Of a stretch of DNA of 64,000 nt, positions 42,430 through 54,467 are shown one piece after another. The notes under the pieces are model-generated. The model made no database searches. It was not told the DNA's origin and saw nothing but the letters and a program-made list of their open reading frames with translations. The translations under genes were made by a program, and so were the position numbers. The stretch spans positions 23,250,001 to 23,314,000 of the forward strand of contig NC_043004.1 in NCBI RefSeq assembly GCF_006345805.1, given 5' to 3'. Every line of letters starts with the position of its first letter. The first letter of the stretch is position 1. This DNA comes from Octopus sinensis. Lineage: Eukaryota.

Positions 42430-42665
42430 ATGAAGAAGAGAGAGGATGAGGCCAGTCTACCCTATGTGAAAAGCCTCTCCGAAAAGATACAAAAGATATG
42501 CGGCCCATATGACATCGGAACAGTATTCAAGAGTAATGCAACACTTCGCAAAATTCTTCTTCGGATAAAACCACCAATAGAAGAGAATATGACCATGCTA
42601 TGCAGCTGTGGTAGGTTACACAAAGGCGAAACATGCCGCCCCCTCAAAATAAGGGTAAACGAATA
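42424..42665 (+). mobile_element. Second, inverted partial copy of the Penelope GIY-YIG region
   Basis: MKKREDEASLPYVKSLSEKIQKICGPYDIGTVFKSNATLRKILLRIKPPIEENMT...CSCGRLHKGETCRPLKIRVNE is homologous to 41774-42041 on the opposite strand. Confidence 0.85.
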
Positions 42666-42721
42666 GGAAGGATAGAAAAATATTAGATTTAATAGTCCTA
42701 AAATTCACTGCATAATTGCCC

Positions 42722-42965
42722 ACGGGCATATGGCATAGTGGTTAAGAGTGCGGGCTACTAACCCCAAGATTACGACTTCGACCTGAACAATAATAATAAT
42801 AATAAAATCGAAAAATACCTTAGGCATGAGAACCCAGGTTCGAAATTTCCCCAAGACACCTGAAGTAGGCTGGAGGGTATATCAGCCGATATACAACACA
42901 CAAGATGACAAATATCTGTTTAATGTAAATAATCCACATAATTCCTCATCTCTTAAATATAGAAC
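42722..42965 (+). mobile_element. tRNA-headed short element whose 3' half carries a decayed hammerhead-like motif
   Basis: GGGCATATGGCATAGTGGTTAAGAGTGCGGG A-box-like head, (AAT)n linker, then ACAC-CTGAAGT-A-GGCTGG..TCAGCC-GA. Confidence 0.55.
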
Positions 42966-43120
42966 CCTGCCAATTTGTACTGCTGCGACGTCCACCTACA
43001 ACTATGTGAAATATGAAAAAATAGAAAGAGAGACTCAATGAAGGGACTCATTGAAGTGAGATTAAAGAAATTTATAGAGTAAAAGTGTTAAGATCCCATA
43101 TGTATGTATGTATGTATGTA

Positions 43121-43161
<41 letters not shown>

Positions 43162-43253
43162 GAACAGACTGGCAGAAAGATAGATTGACAAACATTGGTT
43201 AACGGACGTATACAGAAATATCTATGAATGTACGTATGAAAATGTGTGTGTAT

Positions 43254-43298
<45 letters not shown>

Positions 43299-44149
43299 CA
43301 TAGATAGATAGACATAGATAGATAGACATAGATAGACATAGATAGACATAGATAGATAGATAGGGAAAAGTAAGAAAGATCACATATATGAGGTGAGTAA
43401 ATGTCAGAGATAAAAGTGAAGCCAGAGGCCATTGCATCTGTAAAACAGTTGTTGCTGCTATCTTGGTGTTAGAGAACTTTGGTATTTATCAAAAACCTTT
43501 CACAGCCCTTACTTAGCAAAGGGCAACAAATAATAAAACTCGAGATATACTGAAACGTTTTTGTCGTTAGCTCTTGTAATTTGTCTTATCAATCACATAG
43601 ACATAATTATGCTGCATACACACATTCGAATTAAACATGTGTGTGTGTGTGTGTTTACATGCGTGTGGGTATGTATGTGTGAGTACTGAGACAGACGTAC
43701 AACCAAACAAATGAGCGCGCATAGTCTCACTATCATACACAGCATGCACCCGCCTGCACACACATACAAACTGCCGTGGAGTGAAAGTGTTCAGGAGTTC
43801 AGCAATACCAGATAACAATTGTGTGTGTTATGTGAACGTCTGTGTTGTGTTGTATGCATTATGTTGTGTTATGTGTCATGTGTGTTGTGTTGTAAAAAAA
43901 AAATAATAACTATGGAGACTATTTTGTGTAAAATGTAAAACAAAAACTCAGTTCACACATGCAGACAAGCCTGAAGAATCTTGCACGTATACACGCACAC
44001 ACATGCACACAAACACACACATACGTACATACATACAAAAATGGTATGCACGAAACTTTAGGCCCTTCAGTCACATTATTATTATTTCCACCCATTGAAA
44101 AATACATATATTCATGCACTGAGTTGTATTTCTAGTTTGTTCAACTAAA

Positions 44150-44201
<52 letters not shown>

Positions 44202-44202
44202 C

Positions 44203-44278
<76 letters not shown>

Positions 44279-44340
44279 ATATATATAAATATATATATAT
44301 ATAATATATATATATTATATATATATATTTATATATATAT

Positions 44341-44375
<35 letters not shown>

Positions 44376-44452
44376 TATTATATATATATATTTATATATA
44401 TATTTATATATATATATTTATATTATATATATTATATATATATATATATATT
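44150..44452. repeat. (TA)n array
   Basis: About 300 bp almost purely A/T alternating. Confidence 0.97.
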
Positions 44453-44735
44453 ATCATTGTTTGATTTCACTTTTTCAATATCATCGACAGTGGACGCTGG
44501 AAAAAGTATAAGTATTTGTGAAGGAAATCTAATTCTCGGCGACAACTATGATTGTCACACGCTGACGAGAGGTCAATACCTCGAAACTCGAGTCCGTGTG
44601 TATCATAAGTTGAAGACAGGAAGGATGACTTCCCTTTGCAAATACTGACAGGACACAGAAAGTGTGTCTATGGCCAGCTGGAGGAGTGTGTCCTCCTGGG
44701 GCTAAAAACTACAGTGCTTTCTTGTTTGGATTAAC

Positions 44736-44766
<31 letters not shown>

Positions 44767-45380
44767 GTCATTTGTACAGTTTTTGCAATCTTTTATGTAT
44801 TCTAGCGAGTGGTGCGGATGTATTATACCGGTATGTGGCTGCGTGTACACATATGTGTGTATATGCATGTATTCACGTACGTGTGTATATGCATGTATTC
44901 ACGTATGTGTGTATGTGTGTATGTGAGCGTATGTGTGAACCTTCTTGGCGCCCCATTTACTGTTTTCTGGTCATGCCTTCAGTTTATTCCATTCATCTTT
45001 ATCGCACCTCATGTTAATTTTATTTACCATCTCTCATTCTCATGCTTATCTTGATGCCACCAAATGATGGCTGAACATCTCCTCCCATTGACTGTTAGTC
45101 CTTAAAACCCTTTGATATCCTTTAAGTGAATGGAAAGGTTTCTTTCCCTTTCCTCTTTCCTTTTATTCTCTTTCTATTTCCACTCATTTCCTTCCTCTAT
45201 TTCAGTCCCTTAGACAAGTTCATTAATTTATTACCATGTATATTTACTTTGAAATAGAATTCGTTATTCCCTCTCATAGCCGTAACCAAGATGGGAGAGT
45301 CAACTTGCATTACGCTCTACTTATATGAAGAACTTTAAGTATTAAATCTGAAGAAGACTTTTTTTTTACATGATGTAATA

Positions 45381-46420
45381 CAGTGGTACCTTGACTTACG
45401 AGTTTAATTCGTTCCGTGTCGGATCTCGTTACTCAAATTACTCGTATGTCAAATCAAGTTTCCCCATTGTAATGAACTGAAATGCCATTAATCCGTTCCG
45501 AACGCCCCAAAAACACCGCAATTTCTTTGTTGTGTGTTTTTAAATAAGAAAAATGTACTTATAAATAACGAATATTGTATACAAAGAAAACAATACGATA
45601 AAATGTACTGCAATAAACTGGTTTTATTAAGTATAATGTACAGCATTTACCTTGGAGATCAAACGACTTGGGGATACTGACGGAGGTGGAGGAGTAAGGC
45701 TGAACTGAATAATTGAGTTTTATTCGCTGATTTTTGCCCTTTTTGCCACGCTTTCCTCACTTTCATCTGCAGGAATTTTCGATAAAAATCTGTTCAATAA
45801 GGTCTGTTTTATCCTCAATGTTTCTAGAATGAGTTAGGCAAATGTCTTTAAATGGTGTCGTCGCACGCCCAGTTGCAACTTTTTCTAGTTGTTTCTTTTG
45901 AATAAAGTCTGAAAGTTTCTCCCACATTCCCAACATTTCCTTTTATCACACTGGTAGAGATAACCACCTCAATCCCCTCCGCGTCACCTTTTTCCCGCAA
46001 AACCACCGTGTAATGTTGCGTTTGTAGCTCCTTTAGCTCTTCCGTTGTCAGTTTCTCGGAGAGCTCCTAGATGAGCTCATTGATATCACCTTTATCCACG
46101 TGCAGACCCATGGATTTGCCGAGTAATACAATCTCCTCCACCACTACCGCTTCGGGTTTGCGTCTTTCAAAGTCCGTTTCAGACACAACCTCAGGCCACA
46201 AGTCCTCTTTGTAACACCCTACCAGGCCATATCGATAATTCTGAGGCATACTATGATGTTATAGTGGTCCTTCCAGAACTCTCGAAGGGTGAGGTTTGTA
46301 GTTTCCATGATCTCAAAGCAGCGGCGGAACAGGTGCTTGGTGAAGAGATTCTTGAAATTAGAGACCTCCTGCTGGTCCATGGACTGCAGGATAGGAGTGG
46401 TGTTGGGTGGAAGGTAGAGA
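45381..46420 (-). mobile_element. 5'-truncated Tigger/pogo DNA transposon (DDE_1 C-terminal half plus right TIR)
   Basis: Reverse complement reads YLPPNTTPILQSMDQQEVSNFKNLFTKHLFRRCFEIMETTNLTLREFWKDHYNIIVCLRIIDMAW*GVTKRT...LWPEVVSETDFE...VVEEIVLLGKSMGLHVDKGDINELI. TIR TA-CAGTGGTACCTTGACTTACGAG starts at 45381. Confidence 0.9.
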
Positions 46421-46739
46421 ATATGCTAACTTTGCCTCATCAGTGGAATATACGCGGAGAGAAACTTAAATGCACATATATATACATACAACATACGAAT
46501 ACTTACATATATGAACGTATAAATACATATATATACACGTATGCAACACGACCAGTTTAGATTGCCCGCTTTGTAAGTCCATCTTGTGATATGGCTAAAA
46601 CATCACCGTAGTAAATACAGTGACGAAATAAATTTAAATTTATATAAATAAGGTTAAGATCGTTAATTTAAATTAAATAACGATCTTATCAAGTGGCCAG
46701 CATGGAAATAAAAACCTTCAAAGGTAATAATTATTAAAA

Positions 46740-46996
46740 TTATAATTTAGGGTATCTACGAGATACCACCTTGCTGAAAATAACAGCCAAGATCTGACTC
46801 TAAAACAACATTAAATGCTTATATAGCACAAGGAGGGAAGACAAAATAAAACTAGTAAAAGATTACTGGATAATTCGAGATCCCGTATTTCTGGCTTTGC
46901 ATTTAGAAATGGTGCTATATGAACATTTAATGTGGTTTTAGAGTCAGATCTTGGCTGCTATTTTCAGCATGGCGGTATCTCGTAGATACCATAAAT

Positions 46997-47002
<6 letters not shown>
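46740..47002. repeat. Palindromic MITE-like element (~90-bp arms, ~82-bp spacer)
   Basis: 46740-46829 is the reverse complement of 46912-47002 with few mismatches (GGTATCTACGAGATACC.CC.TGCTGAAAATA.CAGCCAAGATCTGACTCTAAA). Confidence 0.85.
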
Positions 47003-47027
<25 letters not shown>

Positions 47028-47055
47028 TAATATAATATAATATATATATATATAA

Positions 47056-48553
47056 GAGTGGGATGGATCATATCTGAAAGCAGCTCCAGGTGTTATGAAG
47101 AACGAATTTGTAAGTGTTCTGTCTCTGAGAGCTATTCTATTGGACCTCTGTACTTGGAGATTTTGGAAATGGATGAATTGATGCAGAAAGAAATGAAAGA
47201 AAAATTTAAGGTGGAGTACTTGCGCAGACTGAGACTGATCCTTAAGTCGAAATTAAATGGACGGAATAAGATCGAAGCTATCAACACCTGGGCGGTTTCA
47301 CTCCTTAGATATGGAGCAGGGGGAATCACATGGACAGTAGACGAACTAAACAACTTAGACAGAAAGACAAGGAAGTTGCTAACTTGATATGGGTCACTTC
47401 TCCCAAGAAGTGACACAGACAAACTGTATGCACCAAGAAAAAGAGTGGGAAGAGTACTTATTGGATGCGAACACAGCATTAAAGCAGAAGAAAACAACAT
47501 AGTATGGTATGTAAAAAAGTCATAGAACCGCTTTTATTAGAAATAAGAAGGTCAGGCTTATGTAGGATGAAAGATTGTAAAGATAAAGCACTACACAAGG
47601 AATTGAAAACAAATGAAACTGGAAATAGGTGGGTAAAGAAAAGAATTCATGGTCAATTTCATAGGGATGTTGAAGATAAGACAGACAGAGAAAAAGATGG
47701 CTGTGGATGACTAAAAGTGATTTAAAACCGGAAACGAAGGTTCTAATTTGTGTTGCCCAAGAAAAAGAACTAAGAACAAACTACATAAAATACAGAATAG
47801 ACAACACATCAGAAAGTGATAAGTGCAGAATCTGAGGACAAAACGGTGAAACCGTATGGCATATTACCAGCCAATGTACGCCACTAGCTCAGAAGAAATA
47901 TAAGAGACGTCACGACAATATAGCTAGGCTTGTCCATTGGACACTTTGCAACAAGTATGGACTTGGCAGAGCAAAAACTTGGTACAACTACAAACCTGAA
48001 GGTATCGTCGAAAGTAGAAATGCAAAAATCCTATGGGATTTTATGATTCAGTGCGACCATGAGATAGAGAATTGTAAGCCGGACGTAGTCTTAATTGAGA
48101 AAGAAAACAAACTCTGCTGGATCATAGATATAGCATGCCCAACTGACAACAAGGTATGCGATAAGGAAGAAAGAAAAGTTGAGAGATATGACAGGTTTGC
48201 TTGGGAAGTGAAGCAGTTGTGGTCGATGAAACAGGTAGCAGTAGTACCAATAATTGTCGGATCCCTAGGAACAGTGAGCAAAAGTCTCGAGAAGTACGTG
48301 GAACAAACAGGGGCTGCAATGATGGTGGAGCGCTTGCAGAAAGCAGCACTGCTTGGAACCGATCGAATACTCTGGAAGGTGCTCGAAAAATAAGAGTTGT
48401 TACTGTAGTTCGCTGGTAGTGAACAGCTAACACTCTAGTACAATGCCATGATGGACCGTGAAGTCTGGCGTTGCATGGTAAATTCCATTGTCTCGACCAC
48501 GGTCGAACAATGATGATGATGACTCCTCCAGTGTTAGAAGCTGTGCAAAGGCA
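47056..48553 (+). mobile_element. 5'-truncated R4/Dong-clade non-LTR retrotransposon (RT thumb, CCHC, restriction-like endonuclease), degenerate
   Basis: Fragments read KSKLNGRNKIEAINTWAVSLLRYGAG, LDRKTRKLLT, DKCRI..Q..ETVWHITSQC, RHDNIARLVHW, KILWDF.IQCDHEIENCKPDVVLIEK...IIDIACP...K.ERY (RHD...PD..D..K RLE signature). (AAT)n on both flanks. 5' boundary approximate. Confidence 0.9.
48441..48522 (+). mobile_element. Extreme 3' end of an RTE-type LINE with (TGA)n tail, nested in the Dong 3' UTR
   Basis: Reads NAMMDREVWRCMVNSIVSTTVEQ* (RTE C-terminal DR..WR motif), contains a TCGACC-AC-GGTCGA hairpin, ends in TGATGATGATG. Confidence 0.6.
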
Positions 48554-48596
48554 ATTATAATAATAACAATAATAATAATAACAACAACAATAACAA

Positions 48597-48810
48597 TCCT
48601 TTCTACTATAGGCAAAAGGTCTGAAATTTGTGGGGAGGGGACTAGTCGATTATAACGATCCCAGTTCTTTATTGGTAGTTAATTTATCGACCTCGAAAGG
48701 ATGAGGACAAATTCGACCTTGGCGGAATTTGAACTCAGAATGTTGCGGCAGATGAAATACTGCTAAGCATTTCGCCCAAAGTACTAACGATTCTGTCAGC
48801 TCGGTGCCTT
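48597..48810 (-). mobile_element. SINE family A with (AAT)n on both sides
   Basis: Reverse-complement family core; AAT repeats at 48554-48596 and 48811-48875. Confidence 0.85.
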
Positions 48811-48811
48811 A

Positions 48812-48876
<65 letters not shown>

Positions 48877-49075
48877 TTTTCTGTATTATTCATTAAGGAT
48901 TCACAAAAAGTTGTTGGTTTTTTAGGGGTTTTTTTCTTTTTGTTTTTCCCTAGTGAATAATACAGAAAATATTATTACTATCATTATTATTATTATTATT
49001 AAATCTCCTACTCTAAAGTGTTCTACTCCGCTGCAGTGTTTAGTTTTTAAGATGTATGTTGCGATATTTACATGA

Positions 49076-49114
<39 letters not shown>

Positions 49115-49631
49115 CAATGCTTTTAGTTAATGTCATATAATTATTGCGTGTGACGTTTGTATGTTGGTGTATGCGATACATTAGTTCTTCATTGATTGTG
49201 TTAATAGCCGTGTAATGATACCTATTTCTTTTTTTTTTTTTTGCTTGTGTTGTAGTGAGAGATGAGATTTTTGTTGTGTATGTGTATTAAGTTCAGATCG
49301 TTGTTGTAATGGCGGGTTCTGTGATAGTGGTGGTGGTGATGGTGGTGGTGGTGGTGGTGGGAATGGAGGTGATGATGCTGATAGTACAGGTACAGCTGCT
49401 GTTTACGATTATATTGGTGCACCTTCCTCAAAATCGCTTTCCATGTATTCAGATCTCCTAATTTTGAGGGGGTTGTCGTTGGCGTCTTTTTGTTTTCTTT
49501 TTCTTTCTTTCCATCAGTAGCATTTTTGCCTTTTAGGCTCCTCACCGTTTTTTCTCCGCGTGACATGACTGTGTGGTGTGAGTTGGGAAGAGACATATTT
49601 TCTTCTTTGGAGTGGGGGGGGGTCTGTTGCT

Positions 49632-49864
49632 GGGCGAGCTGGCAGAAACGTTAGCACGCCGGGCGAAATGCTTAGCGGTATTTCGTCTGCGTTACATTGT
49701 GAGTTCAAATTCCGCCGAGGTCGACTTTGCTTTTCATCTTTTCGGGGTCGATAAATTAAGTACCAGTTACGCACTGGGATCAATGTAATCGACTTAATAC
49801 CTATGTCTGTCCTTGTTTGTCCGCTCTGTGTTTAGCCCCTTGTGGGTAGTAAAGAAATAGGTAT
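49632..49864 (+). mobile_element. SINE family A, long-tail variant
   Basis: GGGCGAGCTGGCAGAAACGTTAGCACGCCGGGCG...GTAGTAAAGAAATAGGTAT. Confidence 0.9.
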
Positions 49865-49886
49865 GTTCTTCGTTGTTGTTGTTTTT

Positions 49887-50282
49887 TTTACTTGTTTCAG
49901 TCATTTTGACTGCGGCTATGCCGGTGCACCGCCTTTAATCGAGTATCTCGACCCCGGGACTTATTCTTTGTAAGCCCAGTACTTATTCTATCGGTCTCTT
50001 TTGCCGAACCGCAAAGTGACGGGGACATAAACACACCAGCATCGGTTGTCAAGCAATGCTAGGGGAACAAACACAGACACACAAACATACACGCACATAC
50101 ATATATATATACATATATACGACGGGCTTCTTTCAGTTTCTGTCTACCAAATCCACTCACAAGGCTTTGGTCGGCCCGAGGCTATAGTAGAAGACACTTG
50201 CCCAAGGTGCTACGCAGTGGGACTGAACCCGGAACCATGTGGCTGGTAAACAAGCTACTTACCACACAGCCACTCCTGCGCC
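49887..50282 (-). mobile_element. SINE family B
   Basis: Reverse complement of 9924-10395 at high identity. Confidence 0.9.
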
Positions 50283-50739
50283 TATTGTAGATTTTCTGTT
50301 GGCGTTATTATTGCCGTTGCCTGTGACGTGGTGGCTCCTGATAGTATTATGTCTTGATTTCATTTTGTTGCTGTTGCTTCCACTCTTGGTGTTGTTGTTC
50401 CTATTGCTGCTGCTGTAAGTACTGGTTCCATTCTTACAGCTAGTACTACAATCCTTGCTGCTGCGGTTTCATACTGTTGTGGCTACTGTAATTGTTTACG
50501 TTATGGTTTCTGTCATTATTCGAGTTGACGGAAATAGCAGAAGCCCTCTTCCTGTTGGCACTTTCTATTATTAGCTGCAGAACGCCTTGTGGGTGATCAG
50601 TATTTTCACAGTTGTAGCTTTGATGCCTTCTACCTTCCACTACTACCTGCTGTTGCTGCCTTCCTAAATCGCTGTTAGATCGGGGATACGAATTCATATA
50701 TAAATATTCATAGCTATCTGTCGGTATTATACACACACT

Positions 50740-50772
50740 CATATACATACATGCATATGTGTGTGTATGTGA

Positions 50773-50836
<64 letters not shown>

Positions 50837-50859
50837 TTACATACATACATGTATATATA

Positions 50860-50903
<44 letters not shown>

Positions 50904-51044
50904 CATATATAGATATATATATACATATATATATAGAGATATATATACATACATATATAGAGAGAGATATATACATACATACATATATATATATATACAT
51001 ACATACATATATACATATATATATACATACATATATATATATAT

Positions 51045-51119
<75 letters not shown>

Positions 51120-51140
51120 ATATATATATATTCATATGTA
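50740..51140. repeat. Compound (TA)n/(TACA)n/(CA)n array
   Basis: Direct reading. Confidence 0.97.
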
Positions 51141-53786
51141 TGTATGCCACACCACTTGAATCCTGTAACAGGGATTTAAAATAGAATATGAAAATACATA
51201 AAAGCTATCATAAAAACTAACTTAATTCGATCAGTTTGGTGTTAATGTATCGATATAACCAGATCAATGGTAACACAAGGGAATTACTTTAAAAGCAAGA
51301 GTAATTCTTTAGAAAACTTCCTACAACTATAGTAAACTTCAATACTGAATATATGATGTACTGTTGCTATACTCATAATTGTCCTACATCGATTGATTAT
51401 AGGTTTTATTATAGTCTTTTCTTTCTGAGTTGTTGTTATACAAAGCCCTGACGATAGAATTTCAACAGCAAAAACTGATAGCATTTTGCTTTGTCCTATG
51501 TTTCTGAAGTACTTTGTTAAATTATCACCATTCACCACTCCAACAGCAAGAAATCTCCTGTTGGTACACCTCGATGTATTATCGATACATGCACCTCTGT
51601 CACAACACAACTTATGATACATATATCTCGTATCAAATAAGGAAAACAAACTTCTTTAAGGGCAGTGTAATAATGAAACTGAAAGTCACCCTTTTGATAC
51701 TACTCTGCCTGAAACCGCCCATGGTTTTATAAAACAAATTCCGTTTTAAAGTGATCTAAAAACCTTCCATCAAAATTTCATGTTAATTTATGTTCCAAAC
51801 ACCAGATTAATAGTGATGAAGTTATTTTGATAAATTCTTCATTATTTTTTTAATTTAATTGAAGCAATGGCAGTATTTTCAACAGATAGGACTTTATATC
51901 CACTTTCGTTTTTGTTTTTTATTTTTTGGGGGTTTTTGGGGGTTTTTTTGGTTTATTTACTGAATAACAAAAACCAACACTGAAAAACTATACAGTTTTA
52001 GAATATTGCTTTGGTGATAACTAGGAGTTATGTTTCCGAATTTTTTTAGCATTTCATATAAAATAACATTTTGTTTTTACTAAATTTTCACTCAGAATAT
52101 TTTAAACAAAATACCTTCCGTTACAACCTAAATCATTTCATAAACGCACTAATAAGCCATTTGTCATTCTCCGATTCCTTTTGCCCGTGATTGCATGTAG
52201 CGTACACTCATATCTCAAAATTCAGAATACTTCTTTGTAGTTCTTTTTAAGAAAGTGTTGTTGTCGTTGATGTTGCATAATTGCAGGTGAACTCTGATAG
52301 AACAAATCTCTGATAAGAGATGTTCTATTCGTTACCACTCCGCCTTTTTCTATATCTCAGATTATTCATCCAAAGGGACCCTTTCTTTCAATTTTTTTTT
52401 TTCAAATGTACGCTTTAGTTTGGGGGAGATTTCAATATTATTTCTAACAGATCGATATCTGTCTGTACAAAATTATCTTTTTTGACAGGTTTTACTTGTT
52501 TTACTTTACGATACAAAATATGATAGTATCGCGGTTTCAAATTTATTTTTTTTATTGCATTCAAATCTAACAATTTTTTCAGAATTTGAGTAGCAACTAA
52601 CACAAATGCATCTTAGTATGTGTGTGAGTGTGTCTGTGTGCTTGTGTTTGTGCGTATACATGAGTGTGTGCATTTCCACCGGTTCAAAACCAGTGATATT
52701 GCCTGGAGCTTCGATAAACGATAAAATAAACACCGAAGTCAAAATTGTATTTTAAAAAACTCTTTCAGGAGTGCACCAGCATGACCACTATCTCACAAGG
52801 CTTTGGCCGACCCAAAGCTTATAGTATAAGACATTTGCCCAAGGTGCTACGCAGTGGGACTGAACCCGGAACTGTGGTTAAGAAAATGAAGAAAGAATGA
52901 GAATTACCCATTGAAATGGGAGGTGAACAATGGGAAATGAAGTGGAAAGAATTAAGCGTTGGTATCGGGGAGGTAAAGATTGTAATGAATTTGAAATGGA
53001 AACTAGATTGATAGCCGGTTGTTAAGAGATGTGTATAAGAGATTAAAGTAACAATCAAAAACGAAAAGATATAAAGGTTTATTTTTTGGTGTTGGTATAA
53101 TCTTTAGCTAATAAATGGATAAACAAGTGAGAAAACCTTTGTGAAAGAGAAAACTACACGAGAACTGATAGAGAAAACTGCAAAAAACTATAAGGGAATA
53201 CATTGAGAGTTGTCTACTTACGAAGAGAAGGATGGGTAGATAAGTAGAATACTTTATCTAGTGTGATTGAGATAAGCATATAAATAACTAAATAGAAATT
53301 TTTGATAGTTGTATGATAAGGCAGAGTGAGCTTGGTAAATATATAGAATGGATCGTTGAGCTTCACGGAGAAAGAACAAGATGGAAAAATAGATAAAAAG
53401 AAAGCAAGGAGTAGTTAGAAAATGAAAAGAATGATGATAAAATCAAGTAAACCATAAACATTACAAAATAAAAAGAAAACTTGAGACAAATAAAATAATA
53501 ACTGATATTAAATACGAATGCTTTTCTAGAACGTCTAAATAGACTCTACTGTTTAGGTACAGAGAAACGTGGTAGATAGACAGCAAGGTATGTTTACAAA
53601 GAATAAATATAACAGTCTCTTTAGATAGAAAAAGGTGAGTAATCATAGAGATGTCATTCTAGGAAGTATATAATGAGAAGATAAAGGAATCTGTAAAAAA
53701 GGGAACAGATAAAAGAAATAATAAAATAACGAAAATTAAGTAAAAGAAATAGAAATATATAATCGTTCTTTACACAAATATACATT

Positions 53787-53833
<47 letters not shown>

Positions 53834-53854
53834 CTATATATATATATATATATA

Positions 53855-54152
53855 TATCACCATCACCGTGACCAACCAGGCTATCAGATGTTGCTACACA
53901 TCGCTGGTCACAATGCGCTTCGCATTGTTTTAGCCTTCATATGACGCTACCCCGCTGGCTAAGCGAGCAAGCCAACAGAAGAGAGAGTGAGAGAAAGTTG
54001 TGGCGAAAGAGTACAGCAGAGATCCCTAACCAGCCCTTGCCGGAGCCTCGTGGAGCTTTTTAGGTGTTTTCGCTCAATAAACACTCACAACGCCCGGTCT
54101 GGGAATCGAAACTGCGAGTCCGCTGCCCTAACCACTAGGCCATTGTGTCTCC
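53855..54152 (-). mobile_element. SINE with family-C head but a different 3' half
   Basis: 53985-54150 matches the reverse complement of 22887-23070; the remainder is unrelated and ends in a GTGATGGTGATG tail. Confidence 0.8.
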
Positions 54153-54203
54153 ACACACACACACGCACACACATACACACACATATATATATGTATATAT
54201 ATA

Positions 54204-54397
54204 AAGTTGGTGCATAATTATTGCGGCTTTTTTCAATAAATTTTATTCAACAAAAACAATAACATTTAACAAAAACATCTTTAAATGATTATTCCGGAGC
54301 ATATTCACTATCTACTATAATTTCTGTTTGGCGTTTTTTTTAAATTTTTTATTGAATAAAATTTATTGAAAAAAAGCCGCAATAATTATGCACCAAC

Positions 54398-54399
<2 letters not shown>
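54204..54399. mobile_element. Mariner-derived MITE (~195 bp) in (TA)n
   Basis: ~50-bp near-perfect inverted arms GTTGGTGCATAATTATTGCGGCTTTTTTCAATAAATTTTATTCAA (54206-54256 vs 54346-54397). The TIR resembles Hsmar1/MADE1-type GTTGGTGCAAAAGTAATTGCGG. TA-repeat flanks. Confidence 0.85.

Positions 54400-54467
<68 letters not shown>

Noticed and set aside
49222-49596. His/Lys-rich 124-aa ORF
   Set aside because: Derived from (GGT)n and poly-T low-complexity tracts; no splice or domain support.
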